64,000 bases of DNA from Isurus oxyrinchus (lineage: Eukaryota). Under the pieces are notes generated by a model. The model searched no databases and was not told where the DNA came from. It was given only the letters and a program-made list of their open reading frames with translations. Shown here one piece after another: positions 49,593 through 61,675 of this stretch. A program made the translations under genes and the position numbers. The stretch spans positions 62,001 through 126,000 of the forward strand of contig JANJGN010000838.1 in NCBI GenBank assembly GCA_026770705.1, given 5' to 3'. Each line of letters starts with the position of its first letter. The stretch's first letter is position 1.

Positions 49593-49850
49593 ATTCTCCT
49601 CACAACACATCTGTCAGGCTGACACTGGAAAAAGGAAAGGTGATTTCTCTAAGTTGTTCCAGTGACGAGAATCCAGCAGTCCACAATTTCACCTGGTTTA
49701 AGATCTCCCAAGGAAAGGTGACGAATCTGGCGCTCGCTGGTCAAACTATTACAGTTCCTTCTGGATTCGATGAGGAAATCTCCTACTACTGTGAAGCAAC
49801 AAGTATCCTGGGCAGTTCCCAGTCTCTGCCCATTAGAATTCCCACTGAAT
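49593..49850 (+). CDS. Gene D C2 exon 3 (CD22/sialoadhesin-like)
   Basis: gaaag|AT...GAA T|gtgagt, 258 nt; YSPHNTSV..LSCSSDENPAVHNFTWFK..YYCEA. Confidence 0.85.
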
Positions 49851-50355
49851 GTGAGTAATTTCAATCCTGACTTTTAAACAATTCCACATCTTGTCCAAAC
49901 TCCGAGGTGAACCAAATCTCCCCTTGGGTGTTGCTGAAAACATGCTGTCGAAGGTTTCAGTCTCGTCAGGACAGAGTCACGAGAAAACCCAATCTCAAAG
50001 GGAACAGCCATTTCTGATGCGGGGGAAGAGGGCGTGCTGATTGGCTGGCAAGTCGACATTTCTCCACAGTTTGTTCACAATTCTCAGTGATGGTCACCAT
50101 GAAACTACCAGATTGTTGTAAAAACCCTTCAGTACTGTCCCTCCAACAGTGCAGATCTCCCTCGCTACTGACTCTCTGATAGTGTAGCACCCTCTCAGTA
50201 CTGACCTTCTGACATTGCAGGACTCCCTCAGTACTGAACTGAAGTGTCTGCCTGAATTAAGTTCTTTGTGGTGAAGGAACCTACATTGATATCACACCTT
50301 TCACATTCTCAGGGTCTCTCAAAGTGTTTCACAGTCAATGTAAGTAACTGATCAG

Positions 50356-50637
50356 ACACACCACAGAATCTCTCAATTAATTCTCTTGATATAATTAACG
50401 CTTCATCGATCAATATAATTGAGGGGAATTCTGCAGTGATAATCTGCTCTGTCGAGAGCTTCCCAGCTTCTAACCTGACGTGGCGACATCTTAATGTCCC
50501 AATGAACAGAACAAGTTCCAACAATGAGCTGTGGTTGGTGATTCCTCACGTTACATCCAGGGACACGGGACACTATCAGTGTGCGGCAGAGAAGGAACAT
50601 GGAGCAGTGGAGGGATTTATAACCATCTCTGTGGAAC
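50356..50637 (+). CDS. Gene D C2 exon 4 (ORF intact, weakened acceptor)
   Basis: 282 nt paralogue of 2097-2378; polypyrimidine tract deleted. Confidence 0.72.
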
Positions 50638-50669
50638 GTGAGTTACACAGAATTGAACATTCTTGTGTT

Positions 50670-51710
50670 ATTAGCTCATGGGATGTGGGCATTGTTGACA
50701 AGACCAGAAATTATTGCCCATCTGTAACTGCCCCTTGAGAAGGTGGTGGTGAGCTGCCTTCTTTAACCACTGCAGTCCATGTGGTGTAGGCACACCCACA
50801 GTGCTGTTAGGGAGGGAGTTCCAGGATTTTGTCCCAGTGATGGTGAAGGAACGGCCGATATAGTTCCAAGTCACAGGGCAGACCACCACCTCAAGTTCAC
50901 CTCCAAATCACACACCACACTGACTTGGAACTGTCTTGGTGGAAGAGGTTAAGAGTTTGGAAGGTGCTGTCGAAGGAGCCTTGGTGAGTTGCTGCAGTGC
51001 ATCTTGTAGATGGTGCACACTGCTGCCATTGTGTGCCAGTGGTGGAGGGTATGAATGTTTATGCTGGTGGATGGGCTGTCGATCAAACAAGCTGCTCCTG
51101 GATGGTGTTGAGGTTCTTGAGTGTTGTTGGAGCTGCACTCATCCAGCCAAGTGGAGATTATTCCATCACACTCCTGACTTGTGCCTTGTCAATGGTGGAC
51201 AGGCTTTGGGTGGTCAGGAGTTGAATTACTCACCACAGAGTTCCCAGCCTCTGACCCGCTCTTGTAGCCACATTATTTCCTGTTGCTGGGTTGTTGCCAG
51301 GGCCAATAGCCTTTGCTGTATCCAGTATCATCAGCTGATTCCTGATGTCACGTGGAGTCAATCGAATTGTCTGAAAGCTGACATCTGTGATGCTGGGACC
51401 CTCTGGAGGAGGCCGAGAAGGAGCATCCATTCAGCACTTCTGGCTGAACATGGTTGCCAATGCTTCAGCCTTGTCGTTTGCACTGATGTGCTGAGCTCCC
51501 CCATCATTAAGGATGGGGATATTTGTGGAGCATCCTCCTCCGGTTAGATCATTAATTGTCCATCACCATTCATGACTGGATGTGGCAGGACTGCAGAGCT
51601 TAGATCTGACCCGTTGGTTGTGGGATCGCTTTGCTCTGTCTATAGCATGTTGTTTCCGCTGTTTGGCGTGTATGTAGTCCTGTGTGTCACCTCAGCAGCT
51701 TGGCACCTCT
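50670..51710 (-). mobile_element. LINE fragments (duplicate of 2415-3450)
   Basis: Near-identical sequence in the same intron position. Confidence 0.72.
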
Positions 51711-51901
51711 GTTATATGTGAATCCTCCTTATAGAAACCTGCATGTACATGGATATTATCAATAAATATTACATAGATAAATGTTATTTGTATAAATCTT
51801 TCATGCATAGACAATATCACTTCACAAGTTCAGAATTACTACATGTACATAGGGAACCATTCTCAAACTGTACCGGAGTCATTCATTGGCTGATTTTACA
51901 G

Positions 51902-51998
51902 GGCGAGATTCCAATGAATGGAAAGCAGGATTGCTTGGAGCTGGAATCTGTTTGAGTGTTGGACTGAGTGGATTCTTCATCTTCAAGTGTGTGAGAAA
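51902..51998 (+). CDS. Gene D transmembrane exon
   Basis: Same 97-nt sequence as 3645-3741. Confidence 0.85.
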
Positions 51999-52609
51999 GT
52001 AAGTGTGAAGGTTTAATTGGTTGTTTTCGAAAATGTTTTCTTCAAACTTCTCTCCTTATAGAAAGAACTTTCATTTCTATAGCACCTTTTACAACCCAAA
52101 CCCCTTCACAGCCCCTGAAGAATTTTGATGTTCACCTACTGTTTAACATCTCATCCAACACTCAATGTTTCACAACTCAGACCTGTAACAGGCAGTGTTG
52201 ACCCGGACCATAAGATACCTTGTGACCTACTGAGGATGTGAAAGGTGCTATATAAATGAAAACCTTTCTTTTGTTAGTGAATGCAATCTCTTTCCTTTTT
52301 CCATGTTTCATTCACTCTCTCTTATCTCCACTAATGTTGGCCTTCTCATTCTCTCTCTCTCTCATTCACTCTCTCTCCAATCTCCACTAACACTCTATTT
52401 CTCATTCTCTCTCTCATTCACTCTCTCTCTTATCTCCACTAATGCTCTCCTTCTCATTCTCGCTCTCATTCACTCTCTCTCCAGTCTCCACTAATGCTCT
52501 CCTTCTCATTCTCTCTCTCATTCACTCTCTCTCCTATCTCCACTAATGCTCTCCTTCTCATTCTCTCTCTCGTCCTCTTACACAATGTTCAGTATCTCAC
52601 ATTTTTAAG

Positions 52610-52670
52610 GAGCGCTGAGCAACATCTGCTCCTTCAGAAGATCCACCTCAACACCTGGAGTGAGCAGTGA
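52610..52670 (+). CDS. Gene D putative terminal exon, short Tyr-free tail
   Basis: KSAEQHLLLQKIHLNTWSEQ*; the eight exons of D total 1692 nt = 563 aa + stop. Confidence 0.55.
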
Positions 52671-53357
52671 ATTGAAACTCGCTCACCAACTGCTCAGCTT
52701 TACACAGGAATCACGTCACAGAGTCAGGACACAAAGGGTTAACAGTTTGTTTACAACACAACACTAAGGCCCTACGTTTCAGTGAAAGGGTTTTCACAAT
52801 TGTTCCCCAATTCCTGATTTTACTCACAGAGAAACATCAACCCTTTCTCATTAAATACACAGAGGGAGCAGCACAGGAAGAGGTCATTCAGCCCAAGCAG
52901 AGCGTGTGGGCAGTTCCTCCCCAGGCGAGTAGTCGGACAGGTCCTGGGTAAGTAACGGAACGACTGGAATTCACTTCCACGACCAACACCATCCTTTGTT
53001 GATGTTGTGACTTTATAAAGACAGATTCCAATAACTGATGCCTTTGAAAGATTTCTACTGATTATTGAGATCTGGGTGTGAGGCTCAAGTCTGTTGTACA
53101 GAACATTTTTCTAGCTCAAGGGATGAGGGAAGAGCAGGGACATGAGCTTTGGGGTGTCCTGAGGTGGTGAAAGGCGATATAGAAATGCAAGTCCTTCATT
53201 GTTTTACTTTCTTAAAGCCTTGTAACTCTCTGCAGAGCACATATCATCCCACAGAGAATGAAATTAGTCTGTGAAGACATTGTCTAAAAGCAGTTCTGAT
53301 CTCTCGAGAGGTGTCGGACAAGAGGTGAGGTCTCGTTAACTCATTTCTCTTTCACAG

Positions 53358-53430
53358 CTTGAGAACCAATGAAATACCTGGGAGTGGGCAATGATCAGGA
53401 AATCTTACTTCCTCCTGTCACTTCTCCAAG
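53358..53430 (+). pseudogene. Orphan signal-peptide exon (ATG 53391, MIRKSYFLLSLLQ) with no V exon behind it
   Basis: ttcacag|...CAA G|gtaata; followed by rearranged intron pieces and then a second leader. Confidence 0.65.
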
Positions 53431-55447
53431 GTAATATCATTGTCAGCTCGGACAGATTTATGGCTAATCATCTTTGTAAAACATAATTCTTATTGAGCTC
53501 TGATTGGGAACAGATTCAGGAGTGAGCCAGTGTACAATCTCACACCAAGTCCCATTCACCCATCACCCCTGTGCTCACTGATATACACTGACTCCCTGTC
53601 TGACAGCAGAATTGGTGGAGAGCAGAGGACTTTGAGGTTTGCATGGTTGGAGGAGAAAGTGATTGGAGAAGAGGAATGGAGGGAATGGAAATTGAGGATG
53701 AGAATCTTAAACTCGAGGCTCTGCTGGACTGGGAGCCAGTGCAGGTCAGCGAGTGGCGGAAGGCGTGAGGTGTTGAGTTGAGAAACAGTGATAAATACTG
53801 GGGGATGAAGTCTATCCTGATGCTTGGACTCCGATAGCAAAGGAATGAAATTTGTGTTTTTTGCTGATTTTAGTCAGAATTTCCCATGAAGACAACACAG
53901 CAGCTCCTAGAATAGACAGGCTGTTCAGTGTCACACTTCCTGTCCATTCTCACCATGCTAGATACTTCAATAAGGGAGCAAGATAACTGAAAGAGAGAAG
54001 GAAGGTAAAGCTGTCCGTGTGTAAAGGTGTCAATATTCAGTTTGCATATTTGTCTTTCTCTCGACACATGCAGAGCTCAGGCTAGAGGCGCTTTGTTAGT
54101 GTGTTTCACAGTGTCTGCTGGAGTAGGGTCAGTGCTGAGCTTGGGGATAAGTCAGTCTACAATGCTGCATCGGAATCAACAATACAACAATATGGGGTTT
54201 GGATCAGAAATAATCCCTCAGACAATGAGGATCCAAAGAGATTCCTTAGACAATGAGGATCCAAAAAGATTCCTTAGACATGAGGATCCAAAGAGATTCC
54301 TTAGACAATGAACATACAAAGTGCACCAATGATAGTGAATCAGATTAGCCAATCAGCTGTGTTGAAGAGCAGACAGGAATGTTAGGCTAATTAGTGATTC
54401 ATGACGGTGATAATGGGGGGAGTTCTGACGGCTCCTAATCCATTGTCCTGTCTTGTAAATCAGCACCTTAATACTGACCCTCCAACAGTGCAGCACTCCC
54501 TCAGTACTGATCCTCCAACATTGCAGCACTCCCTGATTAATGTCCCTCTGACAGTGCAGCACTCCCTCAGTACTGACCCTGAAACAGTGGAGATCTCCCT
54601 CAGTACTGACCTTACAATAGTGCAACACTCGCTCAGTAATGACCATCCGACAGTGCAGCACTTGCTCAGTACTGACACTGGGGAGTTTCAGTCTACTCTG
54701 TGGGGCAGACGTCCCCTGAATCGGGTCTTGAATCCCACAACATTCTGACCCCCTGAATTTGGCTGTGAAACCCACTGACCCACAGGAGAAACTCCTGGTC
54801 AATGACTGTCCACCTGTGAGCAGAAATATCACCACAGGGTCAGGACACAAAGTTCACCAACATCTCAAAACATGAGCTGCTCTGTCACTTTGATCCAACT
54901 TCCTCATTTTGTCTCACAGAGACACATCAACCCTTTCTCACTAAATACACAGAGGGGGCAGCACAGGAAGAGGTCATTCAGCCCAAGCAGAGCGTGTGGG
55001 CAGTTCCTCCCCAGGCGAGCAGTCGGACAGGTCCTGGGTAAGTAACGGAACGATTGGAATTCACTTCCACGACCAACACCGTCCTTTGTTGATGTTGTGA
55101 CTTTATAAAGACAGATTCCAATGATTGATGCCTTTGAAAGATTTCTACTGGTTATTGACATCTGGATGTGAGTCTCAGGTCTGTTGTACAGAACATCTTT
55201 CTAGCTCAAGGGATGAGGGAAGTGCAGAGACATGAGCTTTGGGGCATCCTGAGGAGGTGAAAGGTGCTATAGAAATGCAAATCCTTCATTGATTTTCTTT
55301 CTTAAAGCCTTGTAACTCTCTGCAGAGCACCTATCATCCCACAGAGAATCAAATTCTTCTGTGAAGATATTGTCTAAAAGCTGTTCTGATCTCTTGAAAG
55401 CTGTCGGACAATAGGTGAAGTCTCATTAACTCCTTTCTCTTTCACAG

Positions 55448-57880
55448 CTTGAGAGTGAGAAGTGGATGGACTATCTGGGAGTGGACAATGATCGGGAAAT
55501 CTTACTTCCTCCTGTCACTTCTCCAAGGTAATATCATCGTCAGTATGGACAGATTTATGTTTAACAGTTTTTGTAAAAGATCATTCTTATCTCTTTATCT
55601 CTGTAACGTCCTGCAACTCAACCAAACAACTTCCCAGATCTCTGTGTTACTCCAATTCCGGCCTCTTGACCATCCCCCGATTCCCATCACTCCAATAGTG
55701 GCGGCCGTGCCTTCAGCTGCCTGGGGCCTGAGCTCTGGAATTCACTCCCTAAACCTCGGCGATGGAGGAGATCAGAGGGTTTCATTTTACTGAGAATCAC
55801 CACGACCACATCACAGCTGCAGTCAGAATAGACAGAGAGTCCAGCCCTCACACTTCCTGCACAGTTTCACCATAGCAACCACAATAAAGAAGTAAAATAA
55901 CTGAAAGTTAAACCGAAGCCAAACCAGTCGGTGTAGAGAGATGAGATGTTTACACAGTTTCCCTGTGTATCTTGTAGACACTGTGTTGGGTGGAAGACTG
56001 GCTTCAGTAAACAGAGTCCTGAGGACCATGAGCCAATGTAGAATGAACTTGTCCACTCCTGTGTCCAGGATTCTCTTCCATCCATTGTGAAACCTTGGGG
56101 AGTTCCTTGTGTGTCCTGTAGATGGTCCTCACTGCAGCCACTGTGCCCCAGTGATGGAGGGGGTGGATATCGAGTCTAGTGGATTGACAAACCATCCAGA
56201 GTTAAATATTGATATTTATATTACCCTGTAACCCGGCTTCACGTTTCTGGTAAGTGCTGCGTTATAATTACTCAACAATTCACATCCAACACTCAATGGG
56301 AAATAACACTAACTGTGACGTTTACATATTAACACAAAACACAGCTTATTATAACACACTGTCTGATTCTCAATAACCTGGTGATCGCTTCCAGTTCAGT
56401 CCTAAAGCAACCTCTAATACTCACTTTAATATCAATGATGAAAAGCATTAACTGTATTATCAGGTTATCCATTCCCATCAATCTCTCCTGTCCTGTTTAA
56501 AAGTCTGACGTATCGATAAAAGAAAGATGTGCATTTCTGCAGCGCAATTTACCACCTCAGGAGTATCCAAATCCCTTCACAGCCAATGAAATTATTCCTG
56601 AATTGTAGTCACAGATGTTAAACACAGCAGGCAGTTTGTGCACAGCAAGATCCAACAAACCACAAGGTGATAAATCACCCAGATCACTGAGGAAATGAGA
56701 AGCCAGTGAACTCAAACCTCTGGTCTGATGAAGAGTCATACGGACTCGAAACGTTAACCCTGTCTTCCTCTCCACTGATACTGTCAGACCTGCTGAGTCT
56801 TTCCAGCAATTTTTGTTTTGGTTTCAGATTTCCAGCATCCGCAGTATTCTGCTTTTAACTCCAATCTCTGGTCTGAGCCTCTTCTCTCATCCAGTATTCT
56901 CAATTCACATGTCTCGGAGTGAACGTGTATTAAGCTGAGAGACAGAAACACTACTGCCAAAGAGCAAGAAAATCTTTCCTGATCATTGTAACCTCTCAGT
57001 TCTGATATCATCCTTGTAAAAGTGCTTTCTCTTGTGGGACTGTGATTTCTATTTGAACTGATGCTTCACGTTATATTTCTCTAAAAGGATCCATTCTCTG
57101 TCTGTTAGATTTCACAGATAAACCCACGATATTCCCTGCTGAAATTATTGCAGGAAAGCGTATGGATGTAAGCTGCACCTTCAACACAACGTGCAATGGA
57201 ACAGCAGCACCTGTCTTAACCTGGGACACTCCCACTGACGTCCCTGGATCAGTCTCAAACACTGTAACTCAGCATGGTGTCACTCTGACCTATACTTCTG
57301 TTCTGACCCTGATCCCATCACTCAAACACCACGGACACACTCTCAGCTGCAGAGTGAGATATCCATCTGTTTCATCGGAGCGGACCCTCGTACTAACTGT
57401 GCAAGGTAATTACATACACTTTCATTCTACATCAGCACTCCCTCAGCGCTGACCCTCTGACAGTGCAGCCCATTCTCAGTATCCACATTCTAAGGCCTCT
57501 CTAAGTGCTTCAAAGTCGATAGAAGTTAATTGATCTTTATTTGATTATTGCTGAATGAAGAGACAAGCTGTCTAAACTTTACATCTCGCACACACCATTC
57601 TCCATGGCAACACCTCCACCTATCAGAGACCACTTGCCAACCAATCAGCACTCTCTTCCCATTAAGTATAAATTGTTGTTCACTTTCTGTTGGTAATCCT
57701 GTGAACGGGCTTCTTGATTCCTGCCCTGACATCTTAATGTCCCAATGAACAGAACAACTTCCAACAATGAGCTGTGGTTAGTGATTCCTCACATTACATC
57801 CAGGGACACTGGAGACTATCAGTGTGTGGCAGAGAATGAACATGGAGCAGTGGAGGGATTCATAACCATCACTGTGGAAC
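55448..57880 (+). pseudogene. Gene E ectodomain: leader (ATG 55488-55527), V exon deleted (remnant 56219-56249), intact C2 57109-57405, 5'-truncated C2 57728-57880
   Basis: Paralogue of gene B block; intron 'gatattt' joins directly to the last ~31 nt of a V exon. Confidence 0.75.
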
Positions 57881-59558
57881 GTGAGTGTACACAGACTTCA
57901 ACATCTCTCGCAGATTCGAACACGACACAAACACCCTCAAACATACACATCTAAGTAGACACATGCAGACACACATATATGACCACACAGAAAGACACAC
58001 TCACACACAAACACACTAACACACACTCCCCTGTGGGCTACCTGACCTCCCTCAGTACTGCCCTGGAGAGTTGGCCTGAATTCTGGGATTTGTGTTCCCA
58101 TTCATATTTATGCAAGAATATGGAAATTACAAAGTCTATTACAGACAGTCAGATGCATAGAGACACTCACAGATACTCTCTGCCTCTCCAACTCTCTCTC
58201 TCCCTTTAAGAAGCTTCCTGAAAGCTCACCCTTCGAACAATCACCGGTCCCAAATCCTCCTTATCTGATTTGTGTGATTTTCTTTGTGTATTTGAGAGTA
58301 AGCGAGAGGTGGAGAGGTTTAGGAGGAGAATTCCTGTTGGTGAAAAGCTTACATCATGTTCTCACCTTTCCAGTGCCCATATTTTACATGATGTCCAATG
58401 TCCTTGTTCATAATGGGAATTGCCTATGTAAACATCACGCTGTAGTTACAGTCTCCTACCAGTGGTGGCATTGTAGCACTTAATCCTTGTGTTTCCCAGC
58501 TTTTCAAGCAACTCCACTTCCCAGTTTGCTCCACAAGCTGTGAGTTCATTGGAATTCAATTATTTCTCAAACGGTAGATTTGATGCCATTTTATTGAAAA
58601 CTTCCTCAGTGCCTCCCTGAAGGGTTTACACTCTCTGGGAAGCAGGAATAGGCTGGATGTTGGGGAGTTCATCTTTTCCCAAAGAGTAGTGATCCTCGGG
58701 AATGTGCTGTCAGTGGGTGTGGTGGTTGCTGATTCTCTGTCGCCTTCAAGAGGGATCTGGAGTCATTACTGACTGGGGGAGAGATCATGGAAACGGAGAA
58801 TGATACAGCACAGGAGGAGGCCATTCAGTCCATTGTGCCTGTGCCAGGTCTTTCAATGTTCTATCCAATCAGATCCAATAACCACCATTCCAATTTGCCA
58901 CCATCTTCCTCCTTTAAGTATTTATCCAATTTCCCTTTTGAAAGTTCCTATTGAATCTGCTTCCACCGCCCTTTCAGGCAGCACCTTCCAGATCACAACA
59001 ACTCGCTCTGTCAAAACAAATTCTCCTCATCTCCCCCTTCGGTTCGTCAATCTGTGTCCCTCTGGTTACCGAGCCTCCTGCCCCTTAAGTACATTGATAC
59101 TGTTCACCTCAACCACTCCCTGTGGGAGCGAGTTCCACATTCTCCCCTCTCTCTGGGTAAAGATTGGAACTGTTTATTAAGTGAGGCCTGTAAGTCCGTG
59201 GGGGAGTCCATCTCGATCCTGCCCGATTCGTACACGCGTCCGAGATGGATTTCCACCCTGCACTAAACGTTTCCAGAATTTTCTACAGCACAATCCTGTA
59301 CACAACGATTGGGAGAAACATTGGACAGGGAGTCCAACAGCACAATGATCCATTCTCACCAATGTTCCACGCTAAGGGGAAAGTTCCGATTGTCCACTCT
59401 TAGAGTGTTTACAATGAAAACATTCATTCCACATTGAATCCCAGTGGATGGGTCAATAATACAGCAAATGTTGCAGTGATATGAAGCTTGATTGTTCAGC
59501 CAGAGTGAGAGATTGAAAGCGGAGAGTCAGTGATGATTTCTTTCTGTGTGTTCTCTAG

Positions 59559-59698
59559 ACAGTGGAGGAGAGATTCTGCACGTGATCCTGATCCTGGGAA
59601 TACGAGCTGTGATATTCCTTGTGGCTGTGGTTATCACTATCGCTGGAGTCTGTGTCTGGGAGAGACAAACAGTGAAAGCAAGTCGACAGACTGTTTGA
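59559..59698 (+). CDS. Activating-type TM/short-tail exon with intramembrane Arg
   Basis: ttctctag|AC, phase 1; SGGEILHVILILGIRAVIFLVAVVITIAGVCVWERQTVKASRQTV*; Arg codon 59603-59605; frame not listed in the ORF track. Confidence 0.8.
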
Positions 59699-59814
59699 AG
59701 CTTTGTACAGCAACAATCTGGTCAGTCAGTGCGGACAAATAACGTGTGATGTTGGGTTAAGTTGTAATGAAACTGGTCAGTGTCCTGGTTAGAATCACCT
59801 TCGTATCAGAGAGG

Positions 59815-60400
59815 CATTCCAGCACAGTGGGAGCCCATTCAGCCCATTGAGTCCATGCTGTCTCTCTGTAGAGCAATACAGTCAGTCCCATTTCCCCCGC
59901 TCTATCCCCGTATCCCTGCAAGTTTATTTCCCCTCAAGTGTCCAACCAATTTCCTTTTGAAATCGTTCGTCTCCGCTTCCACCATCCTCGTAGGCAGCGA
60001 GTTCCAGCTCATTACCACTCGCTGTGTAAAAAAGTTACTCCTCACATCCCCCCTCTGCCCAAAACCTTTAATCTGTGTCCCCCAGTCCTTGTCCCATCAG
60101 CTAATGGCAACAGCTTCTCTTTGTCTGCCTTATCTAAACCCATCATCATCTTGTACACCTCGATCAGATCCCCCCTCAATCTCCTTTGCTCCAAGGAGAA
60201 CAACCCCAGCTTCTCCAACCCAACCTTGTAGCTAAAATCCCTCATCCCTGGACCCATTCTGCTCAATCTCCTCCCCACCCTCTCAAGGACCCTCACTTCC
60301 TTCCCAAAGTGAGGAGACCAGAACTGGACACAATACTCTAGTTGTCACCTAAACAGAGCTTTATAAATGTTCAGCATAACCTCCCTGTGTTTGTACTCAA
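59815..60400 (-). mobile_element. CR1-type LINE 3' fragment
   Basis: Minus ORF 60042-60296 LGLFSLEQRRLRGDLIEVYK. Confidence 0.85.
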
Positions 60401-61124
60401 TCCCTCCATTTATGAAAAGCTTATTCTTTCCATCAGCACAAACAGCAATTTCCAAGCGGACTCCCATCAGCAGACAGAGTGCAATGAAACATCGGCATGC
60501 CTGCTTCTTAATGTACGGAGAGAAACCTGGAACGAGAGATTCTCCTTCTTCTCCTCAGCAAGCTGAAACTTTTCCTTATACCTGGTGCTCCCCAGTCCTG
60601 CTGTGTGGACACATCATAACCACGGCATTGTCTGGCTGTGTGCAGCCAACATGGTCGAATAGGAATGAACAGAAATGTGACATTGCTAAACTCTGTTCTC
60701 TGATTGGAATGTGCTTTCTGAATGCTGCACCTTTTTCATGCTGCGATAGATTGTAAGAAGCATTTGGGTTATGAATAAAATTACATTGATTAACACAAGT
60801 GATTAAAATGCTCAGGCTGTTCTGTAGATATTTAAAGATTAAAATTCTTGTTTTGCTGCAAAATACTTGGCTCAAAGACATTACTTCATATTGTCATGTT
60901 TTCCAATCAGATGAATTCCTCTGTCCATCTTTATAATAGAAATTTCCAATGTAAACATGTCACATTGTAGCTGCACACACTTGCCAGTGGCTGGTGTGAT
61001 ATCAAAGCTGTCTTGCTGTCGAGAAACAGCGAGAAATATTCCTGTTGTGTGCATGAACTTCATGTTAGCATGAGACACAGGCATCAGATACAATTTTGTG
61101 CAATTTGTACAATGTTCTTTAGAC

Positions 61125-61675
61125 AGCGGAGCACTCCCTCAGTACTGACCCTCCAACAGTGCTGCACTCCCTCAGTTCAGACCCTCCTACAGTGCAGCAC
61201 TCCCTCAGATCAGACCCTCCGACAATGCAGCACTCCCTCAGTTCAAACCCTCCGACAGTGCAGCACTCCCTCAGTTCAGACCCTCCGACTTTGCAGCACT
61301 CCCTCAGTTCAAACCCTCAGACAGTGCAGCACTCCCTCAGTTCAGAACCTCCGACAGTGCAGCACTCTCTCAGTTCAGACCCTCCGACAGTGCAGCCCTC
61401 CCTCATTTCAGACCCTCCGACAGTGCAGCACTCCCTCAGTTCAGGCCTCCGACAGTGCAGCACTCCTTCAGTTCAGACCCTCCGACAGTGCAGCACTCCC
61501 TCAGTTCAAACCATCCGACAGTGCAGCACTCCCTCAGTTCAAACCCTCCGACAGTGCAGCTCTCCCTCAGTTCAGAGCCTCCGACAGTGCAGCACTCCCT
61601 CAGTTCAGACCCTCCGACAGTGCAGCACTCCCTCAGTACTGAACCTCCGACAGTGCCGCACTACCTCAGTACTTC
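61125..61675 (+). repeat. 33-bp minisatellite, variant unit (cagttcagaccctcc)
   Basis: Direct reading. Confidence 0.9.

Noticed and set aside
40423-52670. Assigning MAG, CD22, SIGLEC1 or CD33 as gene symbol
   Set aside because: V+4 C2 matches MAG's domain count, but the sequence, multi-copy state and short tail do not support orthology without a phylogeny
60436-60756. ORF 60367-60756 as a cytoplasmic exon after the Arg-TM exon
   Set aside because: An in-frame TGA at 59696-59698 precedes the next donor-like site; no signalling motif; more likely UTR
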